The notes under the pieces were generated by a model. That model saw only the letters and a program-made list of their open reading frames with translations, was not told the DNA's origin and searched no databases. Shown piece after piece: positions 1 through 12,056 of a stretch of DNA of 64,000 nucleotides. A program made the position numbers and the translations under genes. Source of the stretch: an uncultured Methanosarcinaceae archaeon (GTDB taxonomy: Archaea > Halobacteriota > Methanosarcinia > Methanosarcinales > Methanosarcinaceae); assembly GCA_963847185.1 (NCBI GenBank), contig CAWJYV010000002.1, forward strand, positions 96,001 through 160,000, read 5' to 3'. Position 1 is the stretch's first letter. The number at the start of each line of letters is the position of its first letter.

Positions 1-373
1 TGATTCCGGCTTTTTTCAGGATTTTCGTGCACAGAAGTTTATCCGCGCAGCAGGCTGCCGATTCAGGCGAACATCCAAGGTTTACGGTACTTTCTTCAAG
101 AAGCCTGTTCAGTTCGGGAAGCATACAGTCAGGAGCAATAACAAGTCCGGCATCGCAGTCTTTTGCTTTTCTCTCAATTATCTGCCCGAAACTATCGGGC
201 GTGGATTTAAGGGCAGTACCTGCACAGATCTTTAGGCCTGCAGATGGATAATACACTTCGTGCCCAAGGCGGACAAAGCTTTCTGCAAGAGTTTTCAGCA
301 TAGCTGCCCCTTCAGGAATCAGAGACTTTTCAATGCCCGTGCCGACAGCGAATTCTGCAATCAGGATTTTCAT
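1..373 (-). CDS. mfnD: ATP-grasp protein, probable tyramine--L-glutamate ligase (methanofuran biosynthesis); 5' part only, runs off the window edge
   Basis: Not in the ORF track. Manual minus-strand translation from ATG 373: MKILIAEFAVGTGIEKSLIPEGAAMLKTLAESFVRLGHEVYYPSAG..., which resembles the MfnD N-terminus (MKILxxE...EGxAML). Confidence 0.65.
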   Translation of the reverse strand, partial: MKILIAEFAVGTGIEKSLIPEGAAMLKTLAESFVRLGHEVYYPSAGLKICAGTALKSTPDSFGQIIERKAKDCDAGLVIAPDCMLPELNRLLEESTVNLGCSPESAACCADKLLCTKILKKAGI

Positions 374-659
374 TCGAAAGGAAAAACCCGGGAATTTATA
401 TATTACTTTTTGTCTGTGGAACTTGCGGCAAAAAGCAAGTAACAGGAATTATCAAAAACAAAAAAAGTAACAGGAATTGTAAAAAATAAAAGAAGAAAAC
501 GAATTGGGGAAAAATGGGTTCAGGGATAAACTAATTGAGAGGGGTGGACCAGGGAATAAGGAAATTAAAAAAAATATACTAGAGGATATTAAGTTGAATA
601 AAAACGGGTTAATGGATAATGAAAATAAGGGATAATATAAATCGAATGTATAAGTAAAA

Positions 660-672
660 GTTTATATAATTC
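660..672 (+). promoter_or_regulatory. Putative TATA box upstream of the membrane ORF preceding grpE
   Basis: TTTATATAA preceded by a purine-rich BRE-like stretch (AAGTAAAAG) in an AT-rich divergent intergenic region. Confidence 0.4.
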
Positions 673-734
673 ATATAGTTAATACCTTGAAAGTTATAAA
701 TTGCAAAACATACAGGTGCCTGGTATTATTAACA

Positions 735-1162
735 GCAGAAACCCAAATTCTCAATCAGCGTTTGAGAACCCTTTTGTGAGAACTCTCTCTGTTAGCGGTT
801 TTCATGGGCTATATTCCTGGTCGACATGGGGCTTGGACTTTTCGATATTTTTTTAACAAAATCAAGTCCATTGCCTTCAGCAGTCGTACTTTTGATTTTT
901 GCAGTAATGTTTATCGCGGGTATGGTTTTTTATGAAAAACATGGACTGAGCGCCTTAAGCTCCATCATAGGGGGTGCTCTAGCGGGGTTTGGCGCTTTGT
1001 TTCGTGTTTGTTTCCCTAGTTGGCGGCGTGCAGTTTGCATTAGGAGGAGGAATTTCCGCAATTGGCTGGGATCAGGTAATTTCTTCAGTCGCGGCTTCTA
1101 TGGTTTCAAGTGTTATAATAATCAAAGTACTCTCTTATAAACTTCAAAATCAATTTTACTGA
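735..1162 (+). pseudogene. Small membrane protein upstream of grpE, broken by several frameshifts (real or sequencing error)
   Basis: Hydrophobic segments hop between frames: FENPFVRTL / LLAVFM / AIFLVDMGLGLFDIFLTKSSPLPSAVVLLIFAVMFIAG...GFG / FVFVSLVGGVQFALGGGISAIGWDQVISSVAASMVSSVIIIKVLSYKLQNQFY*, with TGA at 1160-1162. ORF 826..1140 is only the middle part. Confidence 0.6.
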
Positions 1163-1288
1163 CTTCTCTTTTTTTTGTTCCTGAAGAAATGTGTATCTCT
1201 TAAATCACAGAAAAATATTTATAGAATTACAAACAATCACAGATCAGGACGAGCGTAACCGTTACAATTACTTAATGGGGATCGTATA

Positions 1289-1943
1289 ATGAAGATATTC
1301 AATAGAGAAGAAAATAAGGATTCTAAAGAAGATGCCCAGGCTGGGGCTGAAAGTTCTGAATCCCGGAATTCCGATCCTTCGGCAGAAAAGGCCAATAAAT
1401 GCAGGAGAAACTTCTCAGGCCTCTGTAAATTCAGAGGCTGAGAAAAGCAATGAAGCCGTCGCCTGCCGGGAGGAAAATGAAATCCTCAGGGACCAGCTTT
1501 TAAGGCTTGCAGCAGATTTCGAAAATTTCAGAAAACGGACCGCCCGCCAGATGGAAGAAAATCGAAAATCTGTACTTGAACAGGTACTTCTTGACTTTGT
1601 TGAAGTTACAGACAATTTCGATCGTGCTCTGAAATCTGCAAGGACCGCAGAGGACATGAACTCTATTATCAGTGGAATAGAACAGCTTTCAAAGCAGTTT
1701 TTTTCAATCCTCCAAAAATATGGGATTGAAAAGATCGAGTCCGAAAAAGCTAGTGAATTTGACCCTCACAGGCATGAGGCGGTTCAACATGTCGAGACCT
1801 CTGAAGTCCCGGACAACACTATAGTAGAGGTTTACAAACCCGGATATGCTTTAAACTCTAAAGTTATCAGGCCAGCTATGGTCTCAGTGGCCAGATGTCC
1901 TGATGAAACTGAAGGAGATGGAAAATCCGGAAAGAATCAATAA
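1289..1943 (+). CDS. grpE: Nucleotide exchange factor GrpE, with an apparent +1 frameshift near 1398
   Basis: RLAADFENFRKR, FDPHRHEAV and GYALNSKVIRPAMVSVA motifs. The likely true start ATG 1289 (MKIFNREENKDSKEDAQAGAESSE...) is out of frame with the conserved body. Confidence 0.93.
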
Positions 1944-2126
1944 AGTTCTTACATGAAAAAATCATAGTCATCAAAAAATAGTAAGTTAAAAAATTTACTT
2001 AGATAAACCTGAATGCTTAATTTACTAAAAACTTTACCAAAGAACTTAATTAAATAATTTAATTTAATAACTTATCAAAATAATTCAACTTAATGGTTTA
2101 ACCAGGTAATCTAGTGAGGATATAAC

Positions 2127-3980
2127 ATGGCAAAAATACTGGGTATTGACCTTGGTACTACCAACTCATGCATGGCAGTAATGGAAGGTGGAGAAGCTGT
2201 CGTAATTCCCAATGCCGAAGGCGCCAGGACAACTCCGTCGGTAGTCGGATTTTCCAAGAAAGGGGAGAAACTTGTAGGTCAGGTAGCAAAGAGACAGGCG
2301 ATCTCAAATCCTGAAAATACAGTATATTCAATAAAAAGGCATATGGGGGACGCCAATTACAGGGTAACCCTTCATGGAAAGCAATATAAGCCGCAGGAAA
2401 TTTCGGCAATGATCCTCCAGAAGCTTAAAACAGACGCTGAAGCTTATCTTGGAGAAGAGATCAAACAGGCTGTTATTACGGTTCCTGCATATTTCAATGA
2501 TGCCCAGAGACAGGCCACAAAGGATGCAGGATCGATTGCAGGCCTTGAAGTCCTGAGAATTATTAACGAGCCAACTGCCGCATCCCTGGCTTACGGCCTT
2601 GATAAGGGAGATGTGGAACATACAATTCTTGTTTATGATCTTGGCGGCGGAACTTTTGATGTATCCATTCTCGAACTCGGAGGCGGAGTCTTTGAAGTAA
2701 AATCCACAAGTGGAGACACCCGTCTTGGAGGAGATGACTTCGACCAGCGCATAGTTAACTACCTGCTTGCCGAGTTCAGGAAAGCCGAAGGAATTGACCT
2801 TTCTAAAGACAGGGCAGTGCTCCAGCGTCTGACCGATGCCGCAGAAAAGGCAAAAATCGAACTTTCCGGAGTTGCCAGCACCAACATCAACCTTCCTTTC
2901 CTTACAGTCGGTCCTGATGGAGAACCAAAGCACCTTGACATAGACCTGACAAGGGCTCAGTTCCAGAAAATGACTGAAGACCTCCTCGAAAAAACCCTTG
3001 TGTCAATGCGCCAGGCTCTAAGCGATGCAAAGCTTACTCCAAACGATCTTGAAAAAGTCATCCTAGTCGGAGGAGCCACAAGGATGCCAGCAGTAGTCGA
3101 GCTTGTTGAGAACTTTACGGGCAAGAAACCATATAAGAACATCAACCCTGACGAAGCCGTTGCAGTTGGAGCAGCCATTCAGGCAGGTGTGCTTGGCGGC
3201 GAAGTCAAAGATGTCCTGCTGCTTGACGTTACTCCTCTCACTCTCGGAATCGAAACCCTCGGAGGCATAGCTACTCCGTTGATCCAGAGAAACACAACAA
3301 TTCCGACCAAGAAAAGTCAGGTCTTCTCAACTGCAGCTGATAACCAGCCCTCAGTAGAGATCCATGTCCTGCAGGGAGAAAGGGGAATAGCTTCCGAAAA
3401 CAAAACTCTCGGGCGCTTTACCCTGGACGGTATTCCTCCTGCTCCGAGAGGCATTCCGCAGATTGAAGTCACCTTTGATATCGATGCAAACGGGATCCTG
3501 CACGTGAGTGCAAAAGATCTTGGAACAGGCAAGAAACAATCCATTTCTATCCAGAAGCCAGGCGGGCTCTCGGATGCTGAAATCGAGCGCATGGTCAAAG
3601 ACGCGGAACTGCATGCCGAAGAAGACAGGAAGCGCAAGGAAGAAGTGGAAAACAGAAACAATGCCGAAGCCCTGATTAACGCTGCGGAAAAAACCTTGAA
3701 GGAATCCGGAGATGTGGCTACTGAAGACCAGAAGTCAAAAGTAAATGCCGCAATCGAAGACCTTAAGAAAGCCCTTGAAGGTAAGGACAGCGAAGACATT
3801 AAGGCAAAAACCGAAGCTCTTCAGGAAGCCGTATACCCGATTTCTACGGCTATGTACCAGAAAGCCCAGCAGGCTCAACAGGAGGCTGCAGGAAGTGCAG
3901 GAAGCACTGATGCAAGAGGCCCTGATGAGACAGTTGTTGACGCCGATTACGAGGTAGTTGACGACGAAAAGCGTAAGTAA
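2127..3980 (+). CDS. dnaK: Chaperone DnaK (Hsp70)
   Basis: [19 protein letters not shown] and LVGGATRMP signatures; 617 aa. Confidence 0.99.
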   Translation: MAKILGIDLGTTNSCMAVMEGGEAVVIPNAEGARTTPSVVGFSKKGEKLVGQVAKRQAISNPENTVYSIKRHMGDANYRVTLHGKQYKPQEISAMILQKLKTDAEAYLGEEIKQAVITVPAYFNDAQRQATKDAGSIAGLEVLRIINEPTAASLAYGLDKGDVEHTILVYDLGGGTFDVSILELGGGVFEVKSTSGDTRLGGDDFDQRIVNYLLAEFRKAEGIDLSKDRAVLQRLTDAAEKAKIELSGVASTNINLPFLTVGPDGEPKHLDIDLTRAQFQKMTEDLLEKTLVSMRQALSDAKLTPNDLEKVILVGGATRMPAVVELVENFTGKKPYKNINPDEAVAVGAAIQAGVLGGEVKDVLLLDVTPLTLGIETLGGIATPLIQRNTTIPTKKSQVFSTAADNQPSVEIHVLQGERGIASENKTLGRFTLDGIPPAPRGIPQIEVTFDIDANGILHVSAKDLGTGKKQSISIQKPGGLSDAEIERMVKDAELHAEEDRKRKEEVENRNNAEALINAAEKTLKESGDVATEDQKSKVNAAIEDLKKALEGKDSEDIKAKTEALQEAVYPISTAMYQKAQQAQQEAAGSAGSTDARGPDETVVDADYEVVDDEKRK

Positions 3981-4005
3981 ATAAAGAAGGAATAAAAGTA
4001 ATGAT

Positions 4006-4048
4006 GAGACAGGCCTGGAGCTTTTCAGGCCTTACCGGAACCTGTCTG
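4006..4048 (+). promoter_or_regulatory. Stem-loop in the dnaK-dnaJ spacer (attenuator/stability element)
   Basis: AGACAGG...CCTGTCT outer stem enclosing an AGGCCTG...CAGGCCT inner stem, followed by a T-run. Confidence 0.4.
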
Positions 4049-4091
4049 CAGGCTCCGATCCTTATCTTTTTTAAAACTACAGGGAATCCTG

Positions 4092-5261
4092 ATGGCCACA
4101 ACACGTGATTACTACGAAATTCTCGGATTGGATAAGGAAGCCTCAGCCGAGGATATAAAGAAAACATACCGAAAACTTGCACTGCAGTACCATCCTGACA
4201 GAAACAAGGAAGCAGGCGCTGAGGAGAAGTTTAAGGAGATCTCAGAGGCTTATGCCGTTCTTTCAGATTCTGAGAAACGGGCTCAGTACGATCGCTTCGG
4301 ACATGCCGGAATAGACGGGCAATACAGTGCAGAAGACATCTTCCGGGGTGCGGATTTCAGCGGTTTCGGGGATATCTTCGAAATGTTTTTCGGAGGAGGA
4401 GGAGGCCGAAGGGGACCAAGGGGACCAAGGAGAGGATCCGACCTTCAGTACGACCTTTCTATCACTTTTGAAGAAGCCGCTTTCGGAGTCCGTAAGGATA
4501 TCGATATTCCAAGGACTGAAAGATGCTCGAAATGTTCCGGAACCGGAGCTAAAGAGGGAACAAGCCCCAAGCGGTGTCCCACATGCGGCGGAACAGGGCA
4601 GATCCACACTACCCGCTCTGGATTGGGGATGCAGTTTGTAAGCACTACCACCTGTAATACCTGTAACGGTAGAGGTCAGATTATTGAGTCTCCCTGTCCT
4701 GTCTGTAACGGCATAGGCAGAGTTCGGAATAGAAGGAAAATAACAGTAAACGTGCCCGCTGGAGCAGACACAGGTATGAGTCTGAGACTCAGCGGAGAGG
4801 GCGATTCCGGAGAGCCAGGCGCACCGGCCGGAGATCTTTATATCGTCATTCATGTGATGGACCATAAGTATTTCAGACGGGTCGATTATGATGTAATTTC
4901 CGAGCTTCCGATCTCTTTCGCCCAGGCTGCAATCGGAGCGGACGTGATGGTTGATACTCTCTACGGGAAGGTAAAAATGAATATTCCTGCAGGAACTCAG
5001 ACCCACTCAGTGTTCAGGCTCAAAGACAAAGGGATCCAGCACCTGCACGGGCATAAAAAAGGAGATCAGCTCGTCAGGGTTCTGATCAAAACTCCCACAA
5101 AGCTTACCCAGGAACAAAAGGAACTGCTGCTTGAGTTCGAAGATCTGAGCAGTGGCAAGAAACCCGAAGGCGATGAAAAAGATCGGAATGAGACAGCTAA
5201 GGAGAAATCCAAAAAAAACAAAGGATTTTTTGAGAAAGTAAAGGATGCTTTTGAAGGTTAA
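4092..5261 (+). CDS. dnaJ: Chaperone DnaJ
   Basis: J-domain HPD, G/F-rich region, four CxxCxGxG motifs. Confidence 0.99.
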   Translation: MATTRDYYEILGLDKEASAEDIKKTYRKLALQYHPDRNKEAGAEEKFKEISEAYAVLSDSEKRAQYDRFGHAGIDGQYSAEDIFRGADFSGFGDIFEMFFGGGGGRRGPRGPRRGSDLQYDLSITFEEAAFGVRKDIDIPRTERCSKCSGTGAKEGTSPKRCPTCGGTGQIHTTRSGLGMQFVSTTTCNTCNGRGQIIESPCPVCNGIGRVRNRRKITVNVPAGADTGMSLRLSGEGDSGEPGAPAGDLYIVIHVMDHKYFRRVDYDVISELPISFAQAAIGADVMVDTLYGKVKMNIPAGTQTHSVFRLKDKGIQHLHGHKKGDQLVRVLIKTPTKLTQEQKELLLEFEDLSSGKKPEGDEKDRNETAKEKSKKNKGFFEKVKDAFEG

Positions 5262-5639
5262 AAATAACTTTTATCTGCATTTTTATCTTTTTAGCAAGTT
5301 TTTTCACTTAAAACTAAAAAGTAGCCTAATTAATTTTTCTCATATCCTTCTCTTCTTTTTAATATTATTCTTTTATTCTTGTTTGTCTCCTGGTCCTTGA
5401 AATTTATTTTGTGCTTTATGTAGTTTCATTCATCTTTTTGCATGCTAAATTACAGAATCATCCTCTATCAAAATTATTTGAAATTGATATATAAAAAGTT
5501 TACTGCATTCGAAAAGCACACAGAGTAAAGGAATTTAATAAGGAGAAATGTATTTATAACCCTTCTACGTTACGATTTACATTCGTTATCTGTGTGAATG
5601 TAGGCCGTGAATTTAATAACACAACAGATGTGAACCTAA

Positions 5640-7346
5640 TTGACAACACAAGATATAACCGTGGATGGTTTAATGCTCATCCTTTTTTTGGTCATTGTTA
5701 CCGGGATAGCATTACCTTTCAGCAGTTTTATTTCCCGAGTCTTTTCCGGAGATATGTCCCGAGGAATTCCGGGTCGTATAGAAAAAGCGATTTACAGGCT
5801 GATCGAAACAGATCCAGATAGAGAAGATGGGTGGAAGGGTTATGCCCGGAATATGCTCATTTTCAATGTTATAGGTTTTGTAGTTCTCTTCGCACTTCTT
5901 CTTCTTCAAGGTTTTCTTCCTTTTAACCCGCAAAAGTTCGGGGCTTTTGATCTGTATTTTGCAATTAACACTGCCGTTAGTTTTGTTACCAACACAAACT
6001 GGCAGGTTTACAGTGGTGAAACGACAGCAAGCTATCTTACCCAGATGGCTGGATTTACAGTCCAGAATTTCCTTTCCTCAGCTACAGGCATCTGCATAGC
6101 GATTGCAGTGATGAGAGGAATCACCCGTCATTCTACAGACAAAATAGGTAATTTCTGGGTCGATATGACTCGCTGTACCCTTTACATTCTTTTGCCGATA
6201 GCTTTCATCTTTGCCTTAATTCTGGTTTCTCAAGGAGTTATCCAGAATCTTGATCCTTATGTTCAAGCTACAGGATATGGCTCTACAGGACAGCAGACAA
6301 TTGCAATGGGGCCCGTAGCCTCCCAGGAAGCAATAAAAGAATTTGGTACCAACGGGGGAGGGTTTTTTAATGCAAACTCTGCACATCCCTATGAAAACCC
6401 AACACCTTTAACCAATTTGATTGAGATTTTTCTTATTCTCATTATACCTGTAACCCTGCCTCTGGTCTTTGGAAAAATGACCGGCAAAATTCGGCAGGGA
6501 TGGATGATTTACACTGTTATGCTAATATTATTTTTATGTGGTTTTTTTACTCTCTACGCTGCAGAACTGGCAGGAAATCCGCTTGTAAAAGAAATGGGCG
6601 TTTCCAGAATATCTATGGAGGGAAAAGAAGTAAGGTTCGGACTCCTGGGCTCGTCACTTTTTGCCACATCTACCACAGCAACATCCTGCGGAGCAGTCAA
6701 CTCCATGCATGATTCACTCACTCCACTTGGTGGTCTGGCGACTATGTTCATGATTCTTCTTGGTGAGGTTGCCTTTGGAGGAGTAGGATCTGGTTTCTAC
6801 ACTATGATCGGATTTGTAGTCCTTGCAGTCTTCATTGCAGGACTGATGATAGGAAGAACTCCCGAATATCTCGGAAAAAAGATAGAGGTATTGGAGATGA
6901 GAGCAGCTGTGATAACTGTTCTGGTTCCTGGAGTCCTTGTTCTTCTGCTTTCGGGTATTGCGCTGGTTCTTCCTAATGTCACAGAGTTAATGAAAAATCC
7001 GGGTCCCCATGGACTATCTGAACTGATATACGCCTTCGCATCAATGGCTAACAACAACGGCAGCGCCTTTGCAGGATTTGATGCATCAAAACCTTTCTAC
7101 ACACTCACAGGCAGCCTGGCAATGTTGATAGGCAGATTCGTACCTGCAGTTTCCATGCTGGCCATGGCAGGATCGCTAGCACAGAAGAAAAAAGTTCCAC
7201 CTAGCTCAGGAACTCTTCCCACAGACTCCATTACATTTTCTATCTGGACAATCCTCGTGATTCTTATCATAGGGGCTCTTACATTCTTCCCGCTTTTTGC
7301 AATGGGGCCAATCGCTGAACACCTGAGTATGGTAGGAGGAGTCTAA
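5640..7346 (+). CDS. kdpA: Potassium-transporting ATPase subunit A
   Basis: [37 protein letters not shown] and NNNGSAF motifs; TTG start. Confidence 0.97.
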   Translation: MTTQDITVDGLMLILFLVIVTGIALPFSSFISRVFSGDMSRGIPGRIEKAIYRLIETDPDREDGWKGYARNMLIFNVIGFVVLFALLLLQGFLPFNPQKFGAFDLYFAINTAVSFVTNTNWQVYSGETTASYLTQMAGFTVQNFLSSATGICIAIAVMRGITRHSTDKIGNFWVDMTRCTLYILLPIAFIFALILVSQGVIQNLDPYVQATGYGSTGQQTIAMGPVASQEAIKEFGTNGGGFFNANSAHPYENPTPLTNLIEIFLILIIPVTLPLVFGKMTGKIRQGWMIYTVMLILFLCGFFTLYAAELAGNPLVKEMGVSRISMEGKEVRFGLLGSSLFATSTTATSCGAVNSMHDSLTPLGGLATMFMILLGEVAFGGVGSGFYTMIGFVVLAVFIAGLMIGRTPEYLGKKIEVLEMRAAVITVLVPGVLVLLLSGIALVLPNVTELMKNPGPHGLSELIYAFASMANNNGSAFAGFDASKPFYTLTGSLAMLIGRFVPAVSMLAMAGSLAQKKKVPPSSGTLPTDSITFSIWTILVILIIGALTFFPLFAMGPIAEHLSMVGGV

Positions 7347-7347
7347 C

Positions 7348-9417
7348 ATGTCACGAAAGCGATTCCCCCGTTTAGGTGCTTTTGAGCCTAAACTTATCCG
7401 CGAAGCACTCATCAGTTCAGTGTTGAAGCTTGATCTACGCCAGCAGAAAGGAAACCCGGTTATGCTACTTGTGGAAATCGGAGGTATTCTGACCACTATT
7501 AGTTTTGTCATTGGGATCTTCTCTGCATCTCTGAAATCTTCCTTCTTCACAGGCTTTGTGTCCTTCTGGCTATGGTTGACAGTGCTATTTTCAAATTTTG
7601 CGGAATCTCTATCCGAAGGTCGCGGGAAAGCCAGAGCAGCCTCTCTCAGGCAGTCAAGAACCAGCGTTCCAGCCAGAAAACTATCAGCAGACTCTTTCGA
7701 TGCTTCTTTCACTGAGATATCTTCTTCAGATCTCCGAAAAAATGACCTTGTCCTTGTAAAGGCAAACGAAATAATTCCTGGAGACGGGGAAGTTGTAAAG
7801 GGAGCTGCATTAGTTAACGAATCGGCAATTACCGGAGAGTCAGCACCTGTTGTACGTGAATCAGGTGGCGACCGGAGTGCTGTTACCGGAGGAACGACCG
7901 TTATTGCCAATGAGATTATTGTCAGAATCACCACTGATCCAGGACAGACCTTCCTGGACCGCATGATCTCGATGGTAGAAGGCGCAGAGAGAAGGAAAAC
8001 TCCTAACGAAATAGCTCTCGAAATACTACTCATTGCACTCACGGGCGTATTTTTAGCAGTCGTAGCCAGTACCTACTCAGTTTCTGCATACAGCGCTGCT
8101 TCAAGTGGAAGAGGCTCACCTGCCAGTCTTACAGTACTTATTGCACTTTTCGTCTGTTTGGCTCCCACAACTATCGCAGCCCTGCTCCCAGCAATAGGAA
8201 TAGCCGGAATGGATCGCTTATTCCAGCTAAATGTCATAGCTCTCTCAGGAAGGGCAATTGAGGCTGCAGGAGATGTAAATGTCCTGCTTCTGGATAAAAC
8301 AGGCACGATCACTTTAGGTAACAGGCAGGCAGCCGAATTTTTGACAGTAGATAGCAAATCAAATGAAGAATTAATGGAAGCTGCTCTCCTTTCTTCATTT
8401 GCAGATGACACTCCAGAAGGAAAGAGTATTATTGCTCTGATTCAGGAAAAAACAGGAAAGACTCCGTTTTCTCCCGAAAATGTCACATTCATACCATTTT
8501 CAGCTGCAACAAGAGTTAGTGGTGCACAATGCGGCGAAATAACTTATCTGAAGGGTGCTTCCGATGCAATAAAGAAGGCAGTTCTCGAACGTGGAGGGCC
8601 CATTCCTTCGGATCTTAAAGGGAAAGTAGACGGAATTGCGTCTGCAGGCGGTACACCGCTTGTAGTTGCTCGAAATGAAGTCATTTTAGGTGTGATATTC
8701 CTCAAAGATATCCTGAAAACGGGAATTAAGGAAAGGTTTTCAGACCTGCGTCAGATAGGAATTCGTACAGTTATGATAACGGGAGACAATCATCTCACTG
8801 CTGCCACTATTGCAGCAGAAGCAGGAGTAGACGATTATCTGGCAGAAGCCAGGCCTGACGATAAACTTAGAATGATCAAGGAATACCAGGATGAAGGATA
8901 CATGGTTGCCATGACAGGGGATGGGACAAATGACGCTCCTGCTCTCGCCCAGGCCGATGTAGCCGTGGCAATGAACAATGGAACACAGCCTGCAAGGGAA
9001 GCTGCAAACATAATTGATCTTGACAGCGACCCTACGAAACTGCTGGACATTGTCGAGATAGGAAAACAAATCCTGATGACCAGGGGAGCTCTGACAACTT
9101 TCTCCATTGCAAATGATATAGCCAAATATTTTGCAATCATCCCAGCTGCTCTTATAGGGATTTATCCGCAGCTCAAAATTCTAAATATAATGGGTCTTGC
9201 AACTCCTGAGTCTGCCATTCTTTCGGCAGTCATATTCAATGCTCTGGTAATTCCAATGTTGATTCCGCTTGCACTTGCCGGAGTTAAGTTCAAGACCATG
9301 CCCGCATCGAAACTCTTTGCCTACAACCTGACCATTTTTGGTCTTGGAGGAGTTATCGCTCCATTCATTGGAATCAAGGTAATCGATCTGATACTGGTCG
9401 GTTTAATGCATATCTGA
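7348..9417 (+). CDS. kdpB: Potassium-transporting ATPase subunit B (P-type ATPase)
   Basis: [25 protein letters not shown] and [11 protein letters not shown] motifs. Confidence 0.98.
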   Translation: MSRKRFPRLGAFEPKLIREALISSVLKLDLRQQKGNPVMLLVEIGGILTTISFVIGIFSASLKSSFFTGFVSFWLWLTVLFSNFAESLSEGRGKARAASLRQSRTSVPARKLSADSFDASFTEISSSDLRKNDLVLVKANEIIPGDGEVVKGAALVNESAITGESAPVVRESGGDRSAVTGGTTVIANEIIVRITTDPGQTFLDRMISMVEGAERRKTPNEIALEILLIALTGVFLAVVASTYSVSAYSAASSGRGSPASLTVLIALFVCLAPTTIAALLPAIGIAGMDRLFQLNVIALSGRAIEAAGDVNVLLLDKTGTITLGNRQAAEFLTVDSKSNEELMEAALLSSFADDTPEGKSIIALIQEKTGKTPFSPENVTFIPFSAATRVSGAQCGEITYLKGASDAIKKAVLERGGPIPSDLKGKVDGIASAGGTPLVVARNEVILGVIFLKDILKTGIKERFSDLRQIGIRTVMITGDNHLTAATIAAEAGVDDYLAEARPDDKLRMIKEYQDEGYMVAMTGDGTNDAPALAQADVAVAMNNGTQPAREAANIIDLDSDPTKLLDIVEIGKQILMTRGALTTFSIANDIAKYFAIIPAALIGIYPQLKILNIMGLATPESAILSAVIFNALVIPMLIPLALAGVKFKTMPASKLFAYNLTIFGLGGVIAPFIGIKVIDLILVGLMHI

Positions 9418-9429
9418 GGAGGCATTGGC

Positions 9430-9981
9430 ATGACGTCTATCAAAAAAGCCACATTACTATTCGCAGTGTTATTCATCATCACAGGGTTCATCTATCCCAT
9501 AACTGTGACACTTGTTTCAGGGTTAATTTTCCCTGATCAAGCTCACGGAAGCCTTATTGTTGATAATGACAACCGGGTTATCGGATCAACTCTTATTGGT
9601 CAGAATTTCACTGAACCTCAGTATTTCCAGAGCAGGCCTTCAGCTAGCGGATATGATGCAGCTTCTTCTGGAGGATCAAACTTAGGACCTACAAATTCCG
9701 CTCTTCTAGAACTGGTCGACAACCGAACAGAGTCCCTCCGAAAAAACGGAATTAGCGGTCCAATACCTTCGGATCTGGTTATGGCTTCAGCAAGTGGACT
9801 TGATCCACACATAAGTCTAGAATCCGCTTTGATACAGGTACCTGGCGTGGCAAAGGCGCAAAATCTTTCGGAAGAAGAAGTTAAAGCTCTCGTACTTGCA
9901 GAATCTGTTAATTCCCCCTTTACTGGAGATTATGTAAATGTGCTGTCACTCAACAGGGCACTTGATCAAAGAAGTCAATAA
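9430..9981 (+). CDS. kdpC: Potassium-transporting ATPase subunit C
   Basis: N-terminal TM helix; GSTLIGQNF, YFQSRPS, SSGGSNLGP and SASGLDPHIS motifs. Confidence 0.96.
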   Translation: MTSIKKATLLFAVLFIITGFIYPITVTLVSGLIFPDQAHGSLIVDNDNRVIGSTLIGQNFTEPQYFQSRPSASGYDAASSGGSNLGPTNSALLELVDNRTESLRKNGISGPIPSDLVMASASGLDPHISLESALIQVPGVAKAQNLSEEEVKALVLAESVNSPFTGDYVNVLSLNRALDQRSQ

Positions 9982-9993
9982 TGAGAGGGGATT

Positions 9994-11931
9994 ATGGCGT
10001 CTAACCGTTGTGATGAAGAAGGAAGGCCACTGCCCGAGGACTTACTCCTGGTCGCTCGCCGTGCTGAGGAAAAAGAGCATGAAGGACAGCTGACAGTTTA
10101 CCTCGGCTATGCCCCAGGTGTTGGGAAAACATACTCAATGCTTCAAGATGCACTTCAGCGGCTAAAGGAAGGAAAAGATATCGTAATCGGCTATATAGAA
10201 ACCCATGACCGGCCTGAAACCAATGCATTGGCAAGTAATTTTGAGATTATTCCGACGGTTTCCATCATACACCAGGGTCTCTCTCTGAGAGAAATGAATT
10301 TCGATGCAATTATCCAACGCCACCCCCAAATCGTCCTTGTAGATGAGTTAGCTCATACTAACGCACCTGGAAGCAGACATATGAAGCGATACCAGGACAT
10401 TGAAGAACTTCTACAAGCAGGAATCTCAGTTTATACAACTGTCAATATTCAGCATATTGAGAGTCAGAACGACGCCGTTGCTCAGATTATTGGCGTCAGA
10501 GTGTCCGAGATTGTACCGGACGCTTTTTTTTATGATGCCGATGAGATTCGGTTAATAGATATCACCCCAGAAGAGCTGAATATTCGCCTCAAAGCAGGAA
10601 AAGTCTATGTAAAAGATATGGCTGAGGCAGCTGTTCAAAGTTTCTTCAGGACAGGAAACCTCCTTGCACTCAGGCAACTTGCTCTCAGGTATATGGCAGT
10701 GTATACGGACAAGAGGATGATTGGATACATGAGAACCCGTGCTATTCCGGGTCCATGGCCGGCAGGAGAAAGGCTTCTTGTCTGTATTCGCCCAGGTCCG
10801 ACAGCAGAACATATGGTAAGGGCAGCATACAGGCTTGCAAATAGATTCGATGCTGATTTGATTGTGTTTTCAGTAGATATCAATGATGAAAGAGCATTAT
10901 CTTCTCAGGAGCGTGCCTGGCTAAACCAGGCTCTTGAGACAGGTAGGCGAGTAGGTGGAAAGATAGTGCGCTACCGTGGAAACGATGTAGCTGATGAGAT
11001 TATACGCTATGCCAGAAGAAATAATATCAGTATGATCATGTTAGGAAAACCTCATGGTATTGATGTAATTTTTTCTCCGGTATACCAAGTTGTTCGGCAA
11101 TCCCAGGGAATCGATATTCATCTATACGAACCAAAAGGAAGTAGTGTACACATACCACTCAAAAAACGGCTCCCGCTTTTATTTACAGCTGAATATGTAA
11201 TCAGCCTCATCCTAATTGCAGCTGTAGTGGGAATCAATTTTCTTCTTAGAGAGTATATTGGGCCTTCAAACCTGCTGATAATTCAGCTCATTCCAGTTCT
11301 GGTTTCTGCATTCTTTTTCAGGCGTAGAGTGGCTCTGTTTACGGCAGGCTTGAGCATTGTGGTTTTCGATTTCCTTTTTGTCGAGCCTTACTTTTCATTT
11401 ACGGTTAATGATTTGCAGTATTTTATTGCCTTTGTCGGGTACGTTACTATTGCCCTTATAATTAGCAGCCTTGCTACAAGGCTACGCCACCTTCTGCCCC
11501 AGATCTGGAAAAGTGAAGCTGAAGTAGAAGCAACATCAGGCCTTTCTCGCTTACTTGTAGAAGTAAAAACGAAACAAGAGATCTTCGAAATTCTTGCTGA
11601 CCAGATGCACAATTTTGGGCCAGGATTTTTTGCAGTGCTTATACCAGGACCTTCTGGACTTCAGACAGGAGCCGGTGATGCTGCCTATCCCCTTCAGGAT
11701 AAAGAAAAGGCTATTGCTCAATGGGCTTATGACAATGGTCAGATAGCTGGTCATGGAACGGACAATCTCCCTGCAGGAAAGGGATATTATATTCCTATCA
11801 AGACTCATAGAATGATTTTTGGCATTATGGCATTTGCCTTTGACAAACCTGAAGAAGCCCTGGCTCCGGAAAATAAAGAAGTATTTGAAACAATGGCGTT
11901 CCTTGGGGCTCTTGCACTTGAACGCTTATAA
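9994..11931 (+). CDS. kdpD: KdpD-like protein (KdpD N-domain + USP + 4 TM + GAF) lacking the HisKA/HATPase kinase module
   Basis: Walker A GYAPGVGKT, IVLVDELAHTN, TTVNIQHIES, FFRTGNLLALRQLAL and FDFLFVEPYFSF. The ORF ends at ...ALALERL*, where the kinase domain would normally begin. Confidence 0.93.
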   Translation: MASNRCDEEGRPLPEDLLLVARRAEEKEHEGQLTVYLGYAPGVGKTYSMLQDALQRLKEGKDIVIGYIETHDRPETNALASNFEIIPTVSIIHQGLSLREMNFDAIIQRHPQIVLVDELAHTNAPGSRHMKRYQDIEELLQAGISVYTTVNIQHIESQNDAVAQIIGVRVSEIVPDAFFYDADEIRLIDITPEELNIRLKAGKVYVKDMAEAAVQSFFRTGNLLALRQLALRYMAVYTDKRMIGYMRTRAIPGPWPAGERLLVCIRPGPTAEHMVRAAYRLANRFDADLIVFSVDINDERALSSQERAWLNQALETGRRVGGKIVRYRGNDVADEIIRYARRNNISMIMLGKPHGIDVIFSPVYQVVRQSQGIDIHLYEPKGSSVHIPLKKRLPLLFTAEYVISLILIAAVVGINFLLREYIGPSNLLIIQLIPVLVSAFFFRRRVALFTAGLSIVVFDFLFVEPYFSFTVNDLQYFIAFVGYVTIALIISSLATRLRHLLPQIWKSEAEVEATSGLSRLLVEVKTKQEIFEILADQMHNFGPGFFAVLIPGPSGLQTGAGDAAYPLQDKEKAIAQWAYDNGQIAGHGTDNLPAGKGYYIPIKTHRMIFGIMAFAFDKPEEALAPENKEVFETMAFLGALALERL

Positions 11932-11944
11932 AGAAAAAAAATTA

Positions 11945-11967
11945 GAAGCTGGATGGAAACCAGCTTC
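11945..11967 (+). terminator. Hairpin after kdpD
   Basis: GAAGCTGG-ATGGAAA-CCAGCTTC inverted repeat. Confidence 0.5.
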
Positions 11968-12056
11968 ATTACGTATATTCGATTTTATTTTTATTAAATT
12001 TCAAGATTGTATAAATGCCAAATAAGTACAAAACTGAGATCTCTCAGTTTTGCATT

